16,968 nucleotides of DNA, from NCBI GenBank assembly GCA_964619725.1, contig CAZUFC010000161.1:1-16968 (forward strand), in the 5' to 3' direction. The position numbers and the translations under genes were made by a program. Below, piece by piece: positions 16,723 to 16,968 of the stretch; the first letter of the stretch is position 1, and each line of letters opens with the position of its first letter. The notes under the pieces were generated by a model. The model was not told the DNA's origin, made no database searches, and worked only from the letters and a program-made list of their open reading frames with translations. This DNA comes from an uncultured bacterium. Its GTDB lineage: Bacteria; CSSED10-310; CAZUFC01.

Positions 16723-16880
16723 GGCTACAATTCGAGAGAATTGTCTGTCATTTTGTGTCGATTTTGATCATGATTGCGATACCGATACCGATTGCGATAC
16801 CGACCCCAACCCCGATACCGATTACTGAAAAAAAATGTCAAACGTTTTGAAAGAAGTGTAACCACGGTTTGATCAGTCCC
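16696..16880 (+). mobile_element. MITE copy E (185 bp, 11 hexamer units) with perfect 13-bp TIRs
   Basis: GGGACTGATCAAA (16696-16708) and TTTGATCAGTCCC (16868-16880). Hexamer tract at 16757-16822. No TSD (flanks CAAAAAAC and CATTTTTT). Confidence 0.9.
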
Positions 16881-16968
16881 CATTTTTTACGCCTTTTATA
16901 CTTGCTTTTGATGTTCGTGTCTTTCCGGCAAGCGTGCTTAACAATCCCTGCCCGCCGTGGCTATCATT

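Noticed and set aside
5799-16880. CRISPR array or integron attC interpretation of the dispersed repeats
   Set aside because: Copies are kilobases apart, in both orientations and 143-185 bp long, with TIR/TSD structure. There is no regular spacer pattern, no attC R-box consensus, and no cas or intI gene.

Overview
Bacterial accessory region with eight credible CDSs. In order: a multi-TM spermidine-synthase-like protein translationally coupled to a PflX-like radical SAM enzyme that carries a Tat/lipoprotein signal; a TIR-domain gene interrupted by a TGA and followed by a 4-TM protein; a beta-propeller/EEP phosphoesterase fusion; two secreted surface proteins (GLUG+FGE-fold and beta-helix) that share a VPA-type C-terminal sorting tail; a membrane-anchored hypothetical; and a duplicated Ig-like+FGE-fold protein. 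The most striking non-coding signal is a dense family of miniature inverted-repeat elements with 13-bp TIRs (GGGACTGATCAAA...TTTGATCAGTCCC), a fixed 119-bp frame plus a variable NNCGAT hexamer tract, and an 8-bp TSD at one copy. These elements or their solo ends sit at nearly every gene boundary. No transposase, integrase, reverse transcriptase, rRNA, tRNA or CRISPR array is visible. All family assignments come from motif recognition by eye, not from database searches.
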